From Octopus sinensis (taxonomy: Eukaryota), in assembly GCF_006345805.1 (NCBI RefSeq), contig NC_043002.1:62744001-62808000 (forward strand): a DNA stretch of 64,000 bases. The letters run 5' to 3'. The number at the start of each line of letters is the position of its first letter. Position 1 is the stretch's first letter. Made by a program: the position numbers and the translations under genes. Below, one piece after another: positions 51,681-64,000 of this stretch. Under the pieces are notes generated by a model. The model had not been told where the DNA came from. It was given only the letters and a program-made list of their open reading frames with translations, and did not search any database.

Positions 51681-52075
51681 CTTCTTCTTATTATTATTAT
51701 ATTATTATTATCATCATCATCAACATTATCATTATTATCATCATCATCTCTTTATCACAGGTTTTGTTGGAGCTCCTATAGTCTTGCATGCGTAGTGGGC
51801 TTACTAACTGCATCCTGCAGTACCATGGTATTCGTTCTGTTCAGCTAGCTAATACTTTCCGCATACCAGTTTTATCATCAGTATCATTATCGTTATTATG
51901 ATTAATGTCACCTTTTCCCCAATGTAGGGAAGCTATTTCATCCGTCTCATTTTTCTACCACCACTTCCCCTTTCACTCCTTCCCGTTCTCTTCTTCCTAT
52001 CTTTCCTTCTTTTCCTCATCATTTCCATCATCACAAATATCAATATCATTGTCATCGTCAATATCAGAATCAAAA

Positions 52076-52108
<33 letters not shown>

Positions 52109-52366
52109 GATATTGGTGTTGTTGTTATTGGTATTGTAGTTGTTTTCAGGTTTAAAATATGTCTGAATGATTTATGTCCGGAAGAATGGAACTGAAGGAA
52201 TGGCATAATGCAGCAGTATTTTTGGTTAGTTATTGATAATCTCCCATAGAGATTAGTATTGGCATGTGAAAAGGATAAAAGATTCTACTTTTGGTATTAT
52301 ATTTCCTGCATTGGTCTGAACAACAACAACCTCAGCAACAACATCAACAAAACTGACGATGACGGC

Positions 52367-52407
<41 letters not shown>

Positions 52408-53348
52408 CAACAACATCGGAATCGGTTATATTTAACTACGAATATATTCCTGGAGTTTCTATGATGGAAATTTCTTATTAAAATAAACATTGGTGTTGAG
52501 TGTATAGAGTAACGTTATATTTGGCCGGGGAATTTTAAAGAATCATAAGTCAATGTATTCCTTTCATAGATCATAAAGAATGCATAGGTTTAGTGTTGAC
52601 AGGCTTTTATTTATACTGTTTAAAGCTCGAGAAAGAAAATAATTTTACCTGGTCAACATGCTGGTATTTCACCAGCCACCATTAGTTTCCTGAGAAGGGA
52701 CCAGATACCGTTTCCCATCGAGAATTATATCAATTGATCTGAAGTAAGAATGTTTAATACGAAGGAAACCTTGTGGGTGTTTTCATCGTAAATACTCAAG
52801 ATTACGCAATGTTTCCACTAATCTATAATATTAATCCTGCAAGTTACGATGTCCGTTCGAGTGGTTCTCTTTTAAAAAGCTTAACTATGGAAGCAAAAAG
52901 GAGACACAATCAAAACATACAGCATAATGTTTTCTGCTTTAGGCACATGGTCAACCTTTTATTAGACGGAGGAGATTAGTTGATAACAATGAATTTAGTA
53001 CTTGACATATACATTATTTCATCGACTTTTCAAGAATAGTGCGAGTTGAGTAATGTTTGGTATTATGGTTAATCAAGGTGAAAAGGTAATGTCATCAATC
53101 AGGATTTGAACACGGAACATAAAGTGTCCGGAGAAATATTTCGAAGTAACTTTTCGATGCTCAGATGATAATTCCAATCACAAGCCCTCGGATACTTCAG
53201 TACAATGAAAATACTGTGTTACGCTGTAAGCAACCTTAACTATACAAAAATATCAAAGAAGTAATCGTATTATTTAACATAATATAACAATGTTGGGATT
53301 ATCTATAAACTGATACATCAAGGTTAATGCACGAACGTTTATAATCCA

Positions 53349-53401
<53 letters not shown>

Positions 53402-53414
53402 ATGTATGCATCTG

Positions 53415-53450
<36 letters not shown>

Positions 53451-53453
<3 letters not shown>

Positions 53454-53482
53454 TACCGTCAAATTAATTAGCACCCTTGATT
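53451..53482 (+). mobile_element. Possible Tc1-like terminal inverted repeat after a (TA)n run
   Basis: ta|cactaccgtcaaattaattagcacccttg resembles Tc1 TIRs. No partner TIR found. Confidence 0.3.
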
Positions 53483-53948
53483 TGCTCTTCACTCAAGGTA
53501 TGTGCTGTCACCTAGTGGCCATATCTCGAACTATGCTTTGTTGCGAGTTCACTGTTGCGCAGAACGATGACGTAACTTTGTTGCAGAGCAGTTTGAGAGT
53601 CTACAGCCTTATGACGTTGACATAGCAGTGCAACAACAACTTGGAGTGCGGATGCAGACAAATCTTCCTTTGTTTAATAGATATAGGTAGCGCCTCCCAA
53701 GGACCGAAATCACATCATACTAAGTTTTCTCATCGAGTAAGACGTTTTGAACAGCTCATAGGTTAATTGATTTAACCTATTTAATGTAGAAATTTGAGAA
53801 GTGCTAATTAATTTCTGACGCAAGTGTATGTATCTCTCTCTCTATCTCTCTTTCTCTCCAGCTCTCTCTCTCTATATTTATATATATGTAGAGAGAGAGA
53901 GAGATAGATAGATAGACTGACATATGCACAACACACACATACGTGTAA

Positions 53949-53987
<39 letters not shown>

Positions 53988-54249
53988 AAGAACACACACA
54001 GATTTCACATTAACAACAGCTGTTGTAAAATGCTTTTTTGATGCTTGCAAAGTTTACATGATAGCATAAATCCTCCAGTTTCAGGTGAAATTTTAGACAG
54101 GTATAAATAGACAAGGTAAAAAAAAACTGGTGATCTATTCAACAACCAGCATAATGAATAAGTGATAATTTTAAAAAGAATAGATGAATTTAGAGAGAAA
54201 TACCAGAGAAGTATAACGGACATTCTAGCAGCAAAGATGTCAAAACAGC

Positions 54250-54293
<44 letters not shown>

Positions 54294-54852
54294 TGTGTCT
54301 GTGTGTCTGTGTGTCTGTGTGTGTGTGTGCGCGCGCGCGCGCGTAAAATATATTTATCATTTAGTAAGGATATATTTATATTTATCCATTAGTTACAGTT
54401 CTTGTAACCAGTTACAAAGCGTTCGATTCTGGTGTGCGGGAGAAACATTAAGTATTCTCAAACCGAAAATGTGTCTCGAATGCTTGTATCAGATAAGCGT
54501 CCGCTAAAGCCGTTAGGGTAGTAACGTTGGCGGTAATGTGGTGCTAAACTACGACGAATTACGTCCAGCACCTAAAACAGGCCATGGCAAAAGCTGAATT
54601 CCCAATGCACATAGCCAGAAAAAATATATCGCAGGGCATCCGGTCTAACGTTCTTATAGTTCTGCATGTACTTTTTAATCGATTCCGAATTGATGAAAGG
54701 CAAAGCTTACCACAGTTACATTTATACATTGGCTCCAGCAGGTCATAAGAAATACCACATGAGATTCTGTCCGACGCTTTGAGGAATTTGCCAGCTGGTC
54801 CCTTGTATATCTTCTGTTGCTTTTTTGTTTTGTTGTTTTTTTTTTCTTTTTA

Positions 54853-55157
54853 ATGGCACTCAGTCGGTTACTATGATGCGGATTCCAGTTGGCCCCAACA
54901 ACAGAACAGTCTGCTCGTGTGATTAAAATGTAAGTGGCTGAGTACTCCACAGTCATGTATACCCAAAAAGTGGTTCTCAGTAAGATTCAGCATGACACAA
55001 AATTTGACGAGACTAGCCGTATTGAATTACAGGTACAATTTTTTTTTAACCTGCTAAAATTGTTTTGCTCAAGATCAAAACGCGCTGCCATAAATCGAAC
55101 TCATGACCTTAAGATCGTGTTTCGAACACCTCAATCACTAAGTCACGTGCCTTCACA
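54853..55157 (-). mobile_element. SINE family B, degenerate with internal deletion
   Basis: gaacagtctgctcgtg...aagtggctgagtactccacag body and a tgtgaaggcacgtgacttagtg head on the minus strand. Confidence 0.75.
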
Positions 55158-55158
55158 T

Positions 55159-55550
55159 ATTCTTTTCTATTCTAAGCACAAGGCCTCAAATTTTTGGGGA
55201 AGAGACTAGTCGATTAGATGGACTCCAGTACGCAACTGGTACTTATTTTATCGACCCCGAAAGGATGAAAGGTAAAGTAGACCTCGGCGGAATTAGAACT
55301 CAGAACATGAAGTCAGACGAAATACCTATTTCTTTAATACCTAAACACAGAGAGGACAAACAAGGACAGACAAACGGATTAAGCTGATTATATCGACAGC
55401 AGTGCATAACTGGTACTTAATTTATCGACCACGAAAGGATGGAAGGCAAAGTCGAACTCGGCGGAATTTGAACTCAGAACGTAACGGTAGACAAAATACC
55501 GCTAAGCATTTCGCCCGGCGTGCTAACGTTTCTGTCAGCTCGCCGCCTTA
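55159..55550 (-). mobile_element. SINE family A 1.5-mer: head, box, tail 2, then a second box and tail 1
   Basis: On the minus strand the tail-2 end aaagaaataggtatttcgtc runs straight into the internal ggtatttcgtc..gttctgagtt segment (junction ~55315-55330). Confidence 0.85.
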
Positions 55551-55821
55551 ACGCATTTATATATTGCTTTAGGATAGGACACCAACCTCTCACAATTAGT
55601 TTCCCCAAGCATACAGTGTAATAAATATGTAGATGATTTAAATCTTCATAGAATAACGTGACATGTGGAAATTTAAATAACATGCTCTAATTTTGATATT
55701 TTTTCAGAAATTCGATAAGAAAATGTTGATACTTCACTAAAAACATCTTTTGAAGTTCACTTGAACGTTCATATTAAAACAAACAAGCATATGCGTAAGC
55801 AATGTATACTTGTAGCTTTTA

Positions 55822-55856
<35 letters not shown>

Positions 55857-56021
55857 ATACACACATATATAAATATATACCCATATATAAATATATACAC
55901 ATACTTACAAACGCACATATATTTATATGTCGATACATACATACATACATACATACATGCATGCATGCATGCATGCATACATACATACATACATACATAC
56001 ATACATACATACATACATACA

Positions 56022-56055
<34 letters not shown>

Positions 56056-56799
56056 AATTAGGTAGAATTTTAAGATCTCTGACTCAGGAAAAAAATTAGA
56101 TTTGAACGAAAAGATGGAGAGCAAAAATAATGTTATTTTGAAAAAATAAGATTTTGAATTATTTTTGTCCTTTTTTTGTTTTGTAATCGTCTTTTTCTGG
56201 CGTAAATACTTTGAAATTTGTGTCGTACTTTCTGGATATGCTGCTGTTTTTATTAAAAAAATGTTTCCAACAAATCTTCAAGTTTATCTTTGATCTACAT
56301 AATTGTCTCGTAAATAGCAACGAATTTCTTCTACTCCACGACCTCTCACTTTAGCAAAAAGAAGAATATCATGAGTGGTGGCGGTGTATTCAAAATAACA
56401 TAATTTGCTGCAATTTCTAACATGAATCTTCTAGAAAGGGAGGATTCTAAATCGTTGTTTTTAATACATGGCGATGGAGTAAATATAAACAATAAAAGTA
56501 AAATACAAAATAGAAAATTATTTGGCTCGTTGCCATGTGTCGATATAATATTGAGTAACGTTTAGCATGCTGTAGATTGAAAGAAAAATGAAGGCATTGC
56601 GAATATCGATTAATTATATCTCGGCAAAAAGACGATGGATTTTGGGTAAAGCGTGTTAAATCGAGTAAATTTGCTCACTGGTAGATGCATATCTGATTAA
56701 CATCTGCCCGTTGTATCATGACTACCATTGTTGCAATGTTGCAACTGCGTATAGAAGGTAAGAAATAGTCATTTGATCTGCGATCCCAGGACAGAACTG

Positions 56800-57480
56800 A
56801 TGTATATTTCATCTATCCCAGATGGCTCAAATTCATAAAGAATGTCGAAGTTGTTGACTGCTTCAGTCATCCTGGAGGTGAGTTCCATAGCAGTTTTAGC
56901 TGCGAGCTGGAACTCCTGAAAAGACTTGAACGAGTTTGTGCGGTTATAAACTCACGGGACAATGGTGTTTTGCGCTCTCGACGTCTTTGCAGAGTATATG
57001 CAAAGGTCTATAAGTCACTGGTTCACCCTGTTCTGCTCTATAGTTGTGAAAGATGGACACTGCACACGGCCCTTAGGAGCTCCCTGAACTCCTTTGTTAC
57101 CTGGACGGTTGATAGGATTATGGGTTACCATCAGTCGGATTTGGTATCCAATCAACGACGCTACTCAGAAATTGGAATTCGTCCAGTTACTTGTGTGATT
57201 CGGGAACACCAAGTCAGACGGTTTGCCTATGTTGATCTATTTTCAGAGTTAAACCCTTCTTACCGTGTTCCATTCGTTGAAAATCCGGCTGCGTTTGGCG
57301 CCTCGTGTTGGTCGTCAACATCACACATGGCCACGGCATACGAAGAGGCATACCGCGGAGATGGGAACTGACCAGGATTCTGATCGATGGATTGACCGAG
57401 AGGGCTAAAGAATAGCCAGAATGCAACCACGCGTTAAAACGATCACTCCTCATCTGATCTGAACGGAAGGTCTCGGACAG
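56800..57480 (+). mobile_element. RTE-clade LINE 3' remnant
   Basis: ORF 56970-57371 VYKSLVHPVLLYSCERWTL...IMGY...VSNQR..SEIGIRPVTCVIREHQVR matches the RTE C-terminal LLYGCETWTL region. VEVVDCFSHPG lies upstream. Confidence 0.85.
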
Positions 57481-58017
57481 GTGATGAATTGGAGTAATCT
57501 ATTAACATTCAAGCCAAAAGTTTCGCTGGATTTTTTTTTTTTTTGTATATCCTAAGTTCATCCCGATCGACTGGGATTTTTTCCTTCTGAGATCGACAGC
57601 ATATATTGCAAGTACAGGACTGGATTGAAAGAGCGTAGCAAAACTGTTTTGCAAGATTTGGTTCATTATATGTTTTCGCTCTAAACATTTTGATAATGGC
57701 GCTATTGGAACAACGGTCAATTGTAACGAAATATATCCACACAATAACACACACAAGCACACACACACGCACTCACTCACATACGCATATACAAACGTAC
57801 ATACGTACATTAGCACAAATGTATATCGATATAAAACAAGGCGTGCACGTTTTGTATTCTGGTTAAAAGTCAGTTGCACTAATACGACGGGACAAGGAAA
57901 TAAACTCACCTTACAAGCAAAAACATAACGTCTTTTATAGCATATTGAGCGTGTTAAATAGTAGAATATACTTCATGTACGTATAGGCACAAACACAGAC
58001 ACACGCACATGTATGTC

Positions 58018-58084
<67 letters not shown>

Positions 58085-58119
58085 AGAGAGAGAAAAAGAG
58101 AGAGACACACACACGTAGA

Positions 58120-58475
<356 letters not shown>

Positions 58476-59027
58476 GGCAATTTATCTCCTTCAAGTAGTA
58501 TGTTTATTTTGTGGTTAGTAAGTCTGTGCAGCTATGTTTAAATTTAAGTCAGGTGAATACCAAAATAAATTAACAATAGCGAGCAAACAGATGGGTAAGT
58601 TAGCGGGCAAATGGCTGAACAAATGATAACAAATAGCAACAATGAAAAGATTGAAAAATTATAAAAATATCAAAAATTGCTATAAAAATTAGCTGTCGAC
58701 TAAAAATGATTGTGACTGGTTTAGAGCACAAACGGAATAAACATTAAAATGTAGACAACCAACAAGGTGTGTGCTTCATACGTAGTATTTTTCTTCTCTT
58801 TTTTTTTTTTTTCTATTTTCGTCTTGAATGCTTTTTGCTATAGTTTTTATTACTATTATTATTATTATTATTATTATTCTCGTCTATTTAACCGCCAACA
58901 ATACACATCTGTTAGCCCTGTTATAGTGATTAGTGCTTCCGCATCCGCCGCAGATATATAACAGAAATACTTCCCGACATATGCGTGAGCACACGTGTAT
59001 GAATATGTTTATATACGTATGTATATA

Positions 59028-59081
<54 letters not shown>

Positions 59082-59618
59082 ATGGATGTATGTATATATA
59101 TATATATTATATATATATATATGCATGTACATGTATATGTATATATGGATGTATATATATGTATATATGTATGTATGTGTGTATATGTATGTATATATAT
59201 ATATATTTCTATAAGTGCGTTGTGTGTTATTAGTATTATCATGCCAATTATATAAGCTATTTTATAAAAGCTATTTGACGAACATGCGAGCGTGCGTGTG
59301 TGTTTGTGTGTATGTGTGTGTGCGTGCGCGCGTGTGTGTTTATGTGCGTGTATGTGCGTGTGTGTGTTTGGGTGTGAATATTGAACTCTTCGTGATCTAT
59401 ATTCAGATTAGACAGGTTGGAATATCATAAATTCCAAAGTATATCTCGATATGTTTTACGTAAACACATACGCACTTACATATACAATATATATTTACAC
59501 ACACACACACATACACACACACACAAATGCACACACACGCATACACACATACACACACACATATATATATATGTATATATATACAATACATATTTACATA
59601 TATATAATATATGTATAT

Positions 59619-59649
<31 letters not shown>

Positions 59650-61566
59650 CACTCATACACATATTAACTCAAACCCCTCACATACATATCTGTGTGTATA
59701 CATATCTGTATACATATGTACATATAAAGTCCGAAGAGACCTGAATGAAATTTTATGTTTTATGAAACGTTAAACCCTGGCCATATCTGAAAATAAATCT
59801 TTCTTCTCCCAAACGGTTGCACGAAATTTACGCTCTTGGCGCAAAACATCATAAAATATTCTACAAAGTTGTAAATAAAAGGAAGTAAATAACGCATATT
59901 GAGTATTGAATGCATATTCGTATATATATATATATATATATATAGTATTATATATGTGAATGTGTGTAAGTATAATATTCATGTGTGTGTGTGTGTTTTA
60001 TAGGTGTAGCACTTATGCGAATGACTTTGGAAATGTGTGAAATTCAACTTGTGAATATATACAAATCTGCAAGTAAGTTATGAGCCTGCATTCGGTTTTC
60101 TCGCCAGTACGTGTTGCTTCTGAAGTCTTTAAGAGATTTTTTATAAATTTAAGCAAAACAATCGACAAGCTGTACTATAGTATATGGAAGACTCATGTAT
60201 ACAAACGTGTGTGTGTATATGTATGTGATAGATAGACCTACATCTATACCTGTGTTTTGTCACACACTCCATACATTTCAAAACAGACATTTAATAAACA
60301 ACACAGATTGAGAGTGTTACCTTCCTATTGAAAATATTGTAGTTGTTTTCTTTAAACTTTGTTTGATGGCGGAGGGTAACACGCGTGAAATTTCGCTGAT
60401 CTTCAGAGGAATGGTTGAAAGAGAGATATAGAAATCTGTATGCATGTTGTCTCAATAAGAATTGAAGCCTAAACTATTTAGTAATCGTTTGATCGGTAAC
60501 CGACTCCGGATTTTAGCTACAAACTTGATCCTACTAAATGAATGCACTCAATAGCTGAAATACTCATTCACGTGTTAAATCAAAGAGAGTATGTACTTTT
60601 TTTCTGTCTTATATTTGAGTAGTGTTGAAAGTGCGTCCGTGATTCCGACATAGTTGAGTTGGCTAAGTTGCTTCGACATCTCTTTTGTCCGAAGCGAGTA
60701 TTTTTCTCCATGACAAACTGCAAAATTCAAATACCTACCAAATATATTTAAACTCGTCTTTGGTTTGTTTACTCTTAGTTACTCTTTCATGCGTCTAATC
60801 ACGCATAACCAAGGTCAGAGCCTACCCTGGGTATATTTAAAACTTCATTCTGTTGTGCGGCGGGGAGTATGGAACCACCTCTAAGCATCTGTTGTACCTA
60901 GGTCTACTCTGACCTGGTGTTGCATCGTCTATCATTGTCCCAGCTATGAGTTAAATTTCACGTCCCGGAATATTCTCTGGAATACGGTCACTCGTAGACA
61001 CTCTAATAGACACAGCTGCCGAAGCCCTTTACCGCTTTAACTGCATATTTAGCGAAGAGAATGGAGCTAAAAATTAATCCTGCATCCTTATAAAAACTGG
61101 AGTTATGTTACATCTTGTTCTAGAACAATGTATACATTTCAAGGGGGAGAGTGTGAGACGAGCTCTGCAATAAACCATGTCCTCTGCAATGATATTCATT
61201 GTGAATAGCCATTCTGTTTTAACGACGAGTATTCATGTTAAAGAACAGGCCACTTGTTCGAATATAAATAATATGCCAATGGATATAGTTATATACGTTA
61301 TCACGGCCGTAACTATTTTCCATTAACGTAATTCAGCGTTATCCGCGAGTTACAATATGTGGTACAGTTCTTCATTCGAAGTACGGTCCAACAGAGGGTG
61401 CTTCCGTATAGATTTCATCTCACCAATTACACGCAAGTCTTTGTGACCATACGATGTCGAAGTATTATTCTTACACTTTCCTATTAAACTACTAAAACAT
61501 GTCAATGAAACTTGGTCTGAAAGTCGTGTTGTGAGCTGAAGATTCAGTATACGGTGTGTATATATG

Positions 61567-61800
61567 CTTTCTTTTATTCTTTCACTAGTATCAGTCATTT
61601 GACTGCGGCTATGCTGGAGCACAGCATTTACTCGAACAAATCGTCCCCAGCACTTATTGTTTGTAAGGCTAGTACTTATTCTATCGGTCTCATTTTGCAG
61701 AACCACAAAGTGACGGGGACGTAAAAACACAAATTTGATTGTCAAGCGATGGTAGTGGTGGTGTTGGTTGTGGGGGACAGACACATGCAAAAATAACAAA

Positions 61801-61840
<40 letters not shown>

Positions 61841-61908
61841 TTGCCAGGTGGTACGCAGTGGGCCTGAACCCGGAGCCATGTAGTTCTTACCACAGCCATT
61901 CCTGCGCC
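61567..61908 (-). mobile_element. SINE family C, near full length with internal deletion
   Basis: tcagtcatttgactgcggctatgctggagcac, gtacttattctatcggtctc, gcagtgggcctgaacccggagccatg...cacagccattcctgcgcc. Confidence 0.85.
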
Positions 61909-61961
61909 AATGTTTATGTATTTATGTATGTATGTATGTATTATTATTATTGTCGTCGTCA

Positions 61962-62005
<44 letters not shown>

Positions 62006-63320
62006 GCTAAACAAGTATACTATTGACAGTGATTTCAGAGTTTCGGCCATTTTCATTGCCAGTATATTCTTGTTAAAAGTAATAAATTTGTACTCTACAA
62101 AAGTACAGAGTAACCCAGTAGGACAATGTAATTATTTATAATTATAGCTGTATATAAAAGCAAACCTATATACATATATGTGTGTGTGAGTGTGTCTATG
62201 CATGTGAACATATGTCTATTCAGTGTGGGAGAATACTACTCAAAGCGGCATTTGTTCTTATTGCAATGGCCAATGTCTTGAATTTCAGTCGCCTGAAAAT
62301 CGGGGACGTGAAACACTGAAAAAGCGACTCAATTTCCTTAAAATAAATAATTTCTAATAGATACATTGTAGTACATTGATAGGTACAGTCATGAAAGATT
62401 TGTTAGTGTATCAGCTTTTGGGAGTATATTCTTTATAGATACATACACATATAATTATATATAAGTACATATACATGCATGTGTATATATGTAATATACA
62501 TACACACATGCATGCACACACACACACATACATACATACATGCATATATATATATATATATGTGTGTGTGTGTCTGTATAAATATATATATATATATACG
62601 TGTGTGTGTGTGAGCGTGTGTGCATATAAAGGTGTGTGTATATGTATGCCATATTACAATGGCAACAATGTTAAGCTCATATTGATGATTGTGGGGGGTA
62701 CAAGTGGCAATGTTGGGAGGGAAGTTCACTGATAAATATCCGGGTCAATAGATTTTTTCATTAACTTCCGTTCAGTTTAAATTGTCGTCTGCTGTCGTCT
62801 GCTTTATTTCAACATTGTTTTGTATAAGCAGAAATATTTGACAGATGGAAACAATATTCAAGAACAGGAATAAACAAACGTAGAAAATACAGAACACATT
62901 CAATAATAAAACGAAAAAAACTGAATGGAAATGCACGATAAATCGAATAACAGATGTATATTGAGATAGATAGATAGATGATAGGTAGATAGATAGGTAA
63001 ATACAGATTGGTAAATAGTTATATATAAACAGATTGATAAATAGTTATATATAAATATAACAAATGAGAGTATGTTACAACGTGTAGGTAGATAGTTAAG
63101 TAGACATATATATCATTAGAAAAGTAGACACATTAGAAGTCAGGTAGACAGACGAAGAGTTAGATAGTTAGGTAAGTATATATACATAATACATACGTAG
63201 CTCTCTCCCTCTCTCTCTCTATATATATATTTACACACACACACACACACACGTATATATATAAGTAAATATATATATACATATATATACATATGTATAT
63301 ATAAATATGTATGTATGTAT

Positions 63321-63359
<39 letters not shown>

Positions 63360-63942
63360 CATGATATTAATACAGGATGTAAAAAGAAATACATAGAGAA
63401 GAGGAGAAATTGAAAGAAAACAAAAATACATAGAATAAAAGGAAAAGACGATATGTTTTAGTTGCTCTTCTCAGTTTCGGAAAGCAAAATCATTTCACAT
63501 TTCTGTTCCTACAAGATCAAGACAAATGACAAAAGCGAGCATAGTTCAGTAAACGATTTATGAAGATGAACTAGCTTCATATATCTTTCTTATCTCCAAT
63601 ACATAGATACATACAGGCATATATATATATATATATTATATATATATAAACACATACATACTCACATACACATACATTTATATGAGGGTGATGAAATGAA
63701 ACGAAAGTAAATGGTTAGCAGGAAGATCTCTCTTCCTCCCCTTAAAAACAACATAAGAATGATTTTGTTGTAGATAACTGAATGAAGAGTTATGTTTTAA
63801 AACAGCAGCAACACCACAAGCACCAACCACAACGACAGCGGATTTTCACCATCACCACCACCACCTTTATCAACAGCATATGATGATGAAAAATGGGAAA
63901 TGCAAATGAGTCACGTAATTCTATAAAGAAGAACTGGAAGTG

Positions 63943-64000
<58 letters not shown>

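Noticed and set aside
52480-52800. Possible PLE remnant on the minus strand (LSRALNSIN...)
   Set aside because: A single weak peptide resemblance; insufficient.
60780-61100. Possible RTE remnant (HLLYLG...DTAAEALYRF)
   Set aside because: Too degenerate to support without a profile search.
61350-61841. 163-aa minus-strand ORF
   Set aside because: Mostly read through a family C SINE; not a gene.

Overview
Repeat-saturated, AT-rich metazoan genomic DNA, most likely Octopus (cephalopod). That is an inference from the tRNA-headed SINE families and the extreme microsatellite load. I find no supportable host protein-coding exon; nearly all ORFs in the supplied track are translations of (TA)n, (CA)n, (TATC)n or trinucleotide repeats. 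The window holds three SINE families (A, B, C), a 5'-truncated Tx1/L1-like LINE in a (TATC)n tract, R4/Dong-like 3' ends in (TAA)n tracts, RTE remnants, two Tc1/mariner fossils, a hAT-like MITE, Penelope-like (PLE) remnants and a 100-N gap. The main finding is RNA structure that no ORF explains. A 4 x ~530-bp tandem array (24256-26357) carries a type I hammerhead-ribozyme fold in every unit (CUGAUGA core, palindromic stem III), like a retrozyme or ribozyme satellite. A second PLE-terminal family carries a variant-core minimal hammerhead in five copies, including a 128-nt tandem dimer. All protein and RNA family calls are by-eye motif recognition, not database searches.
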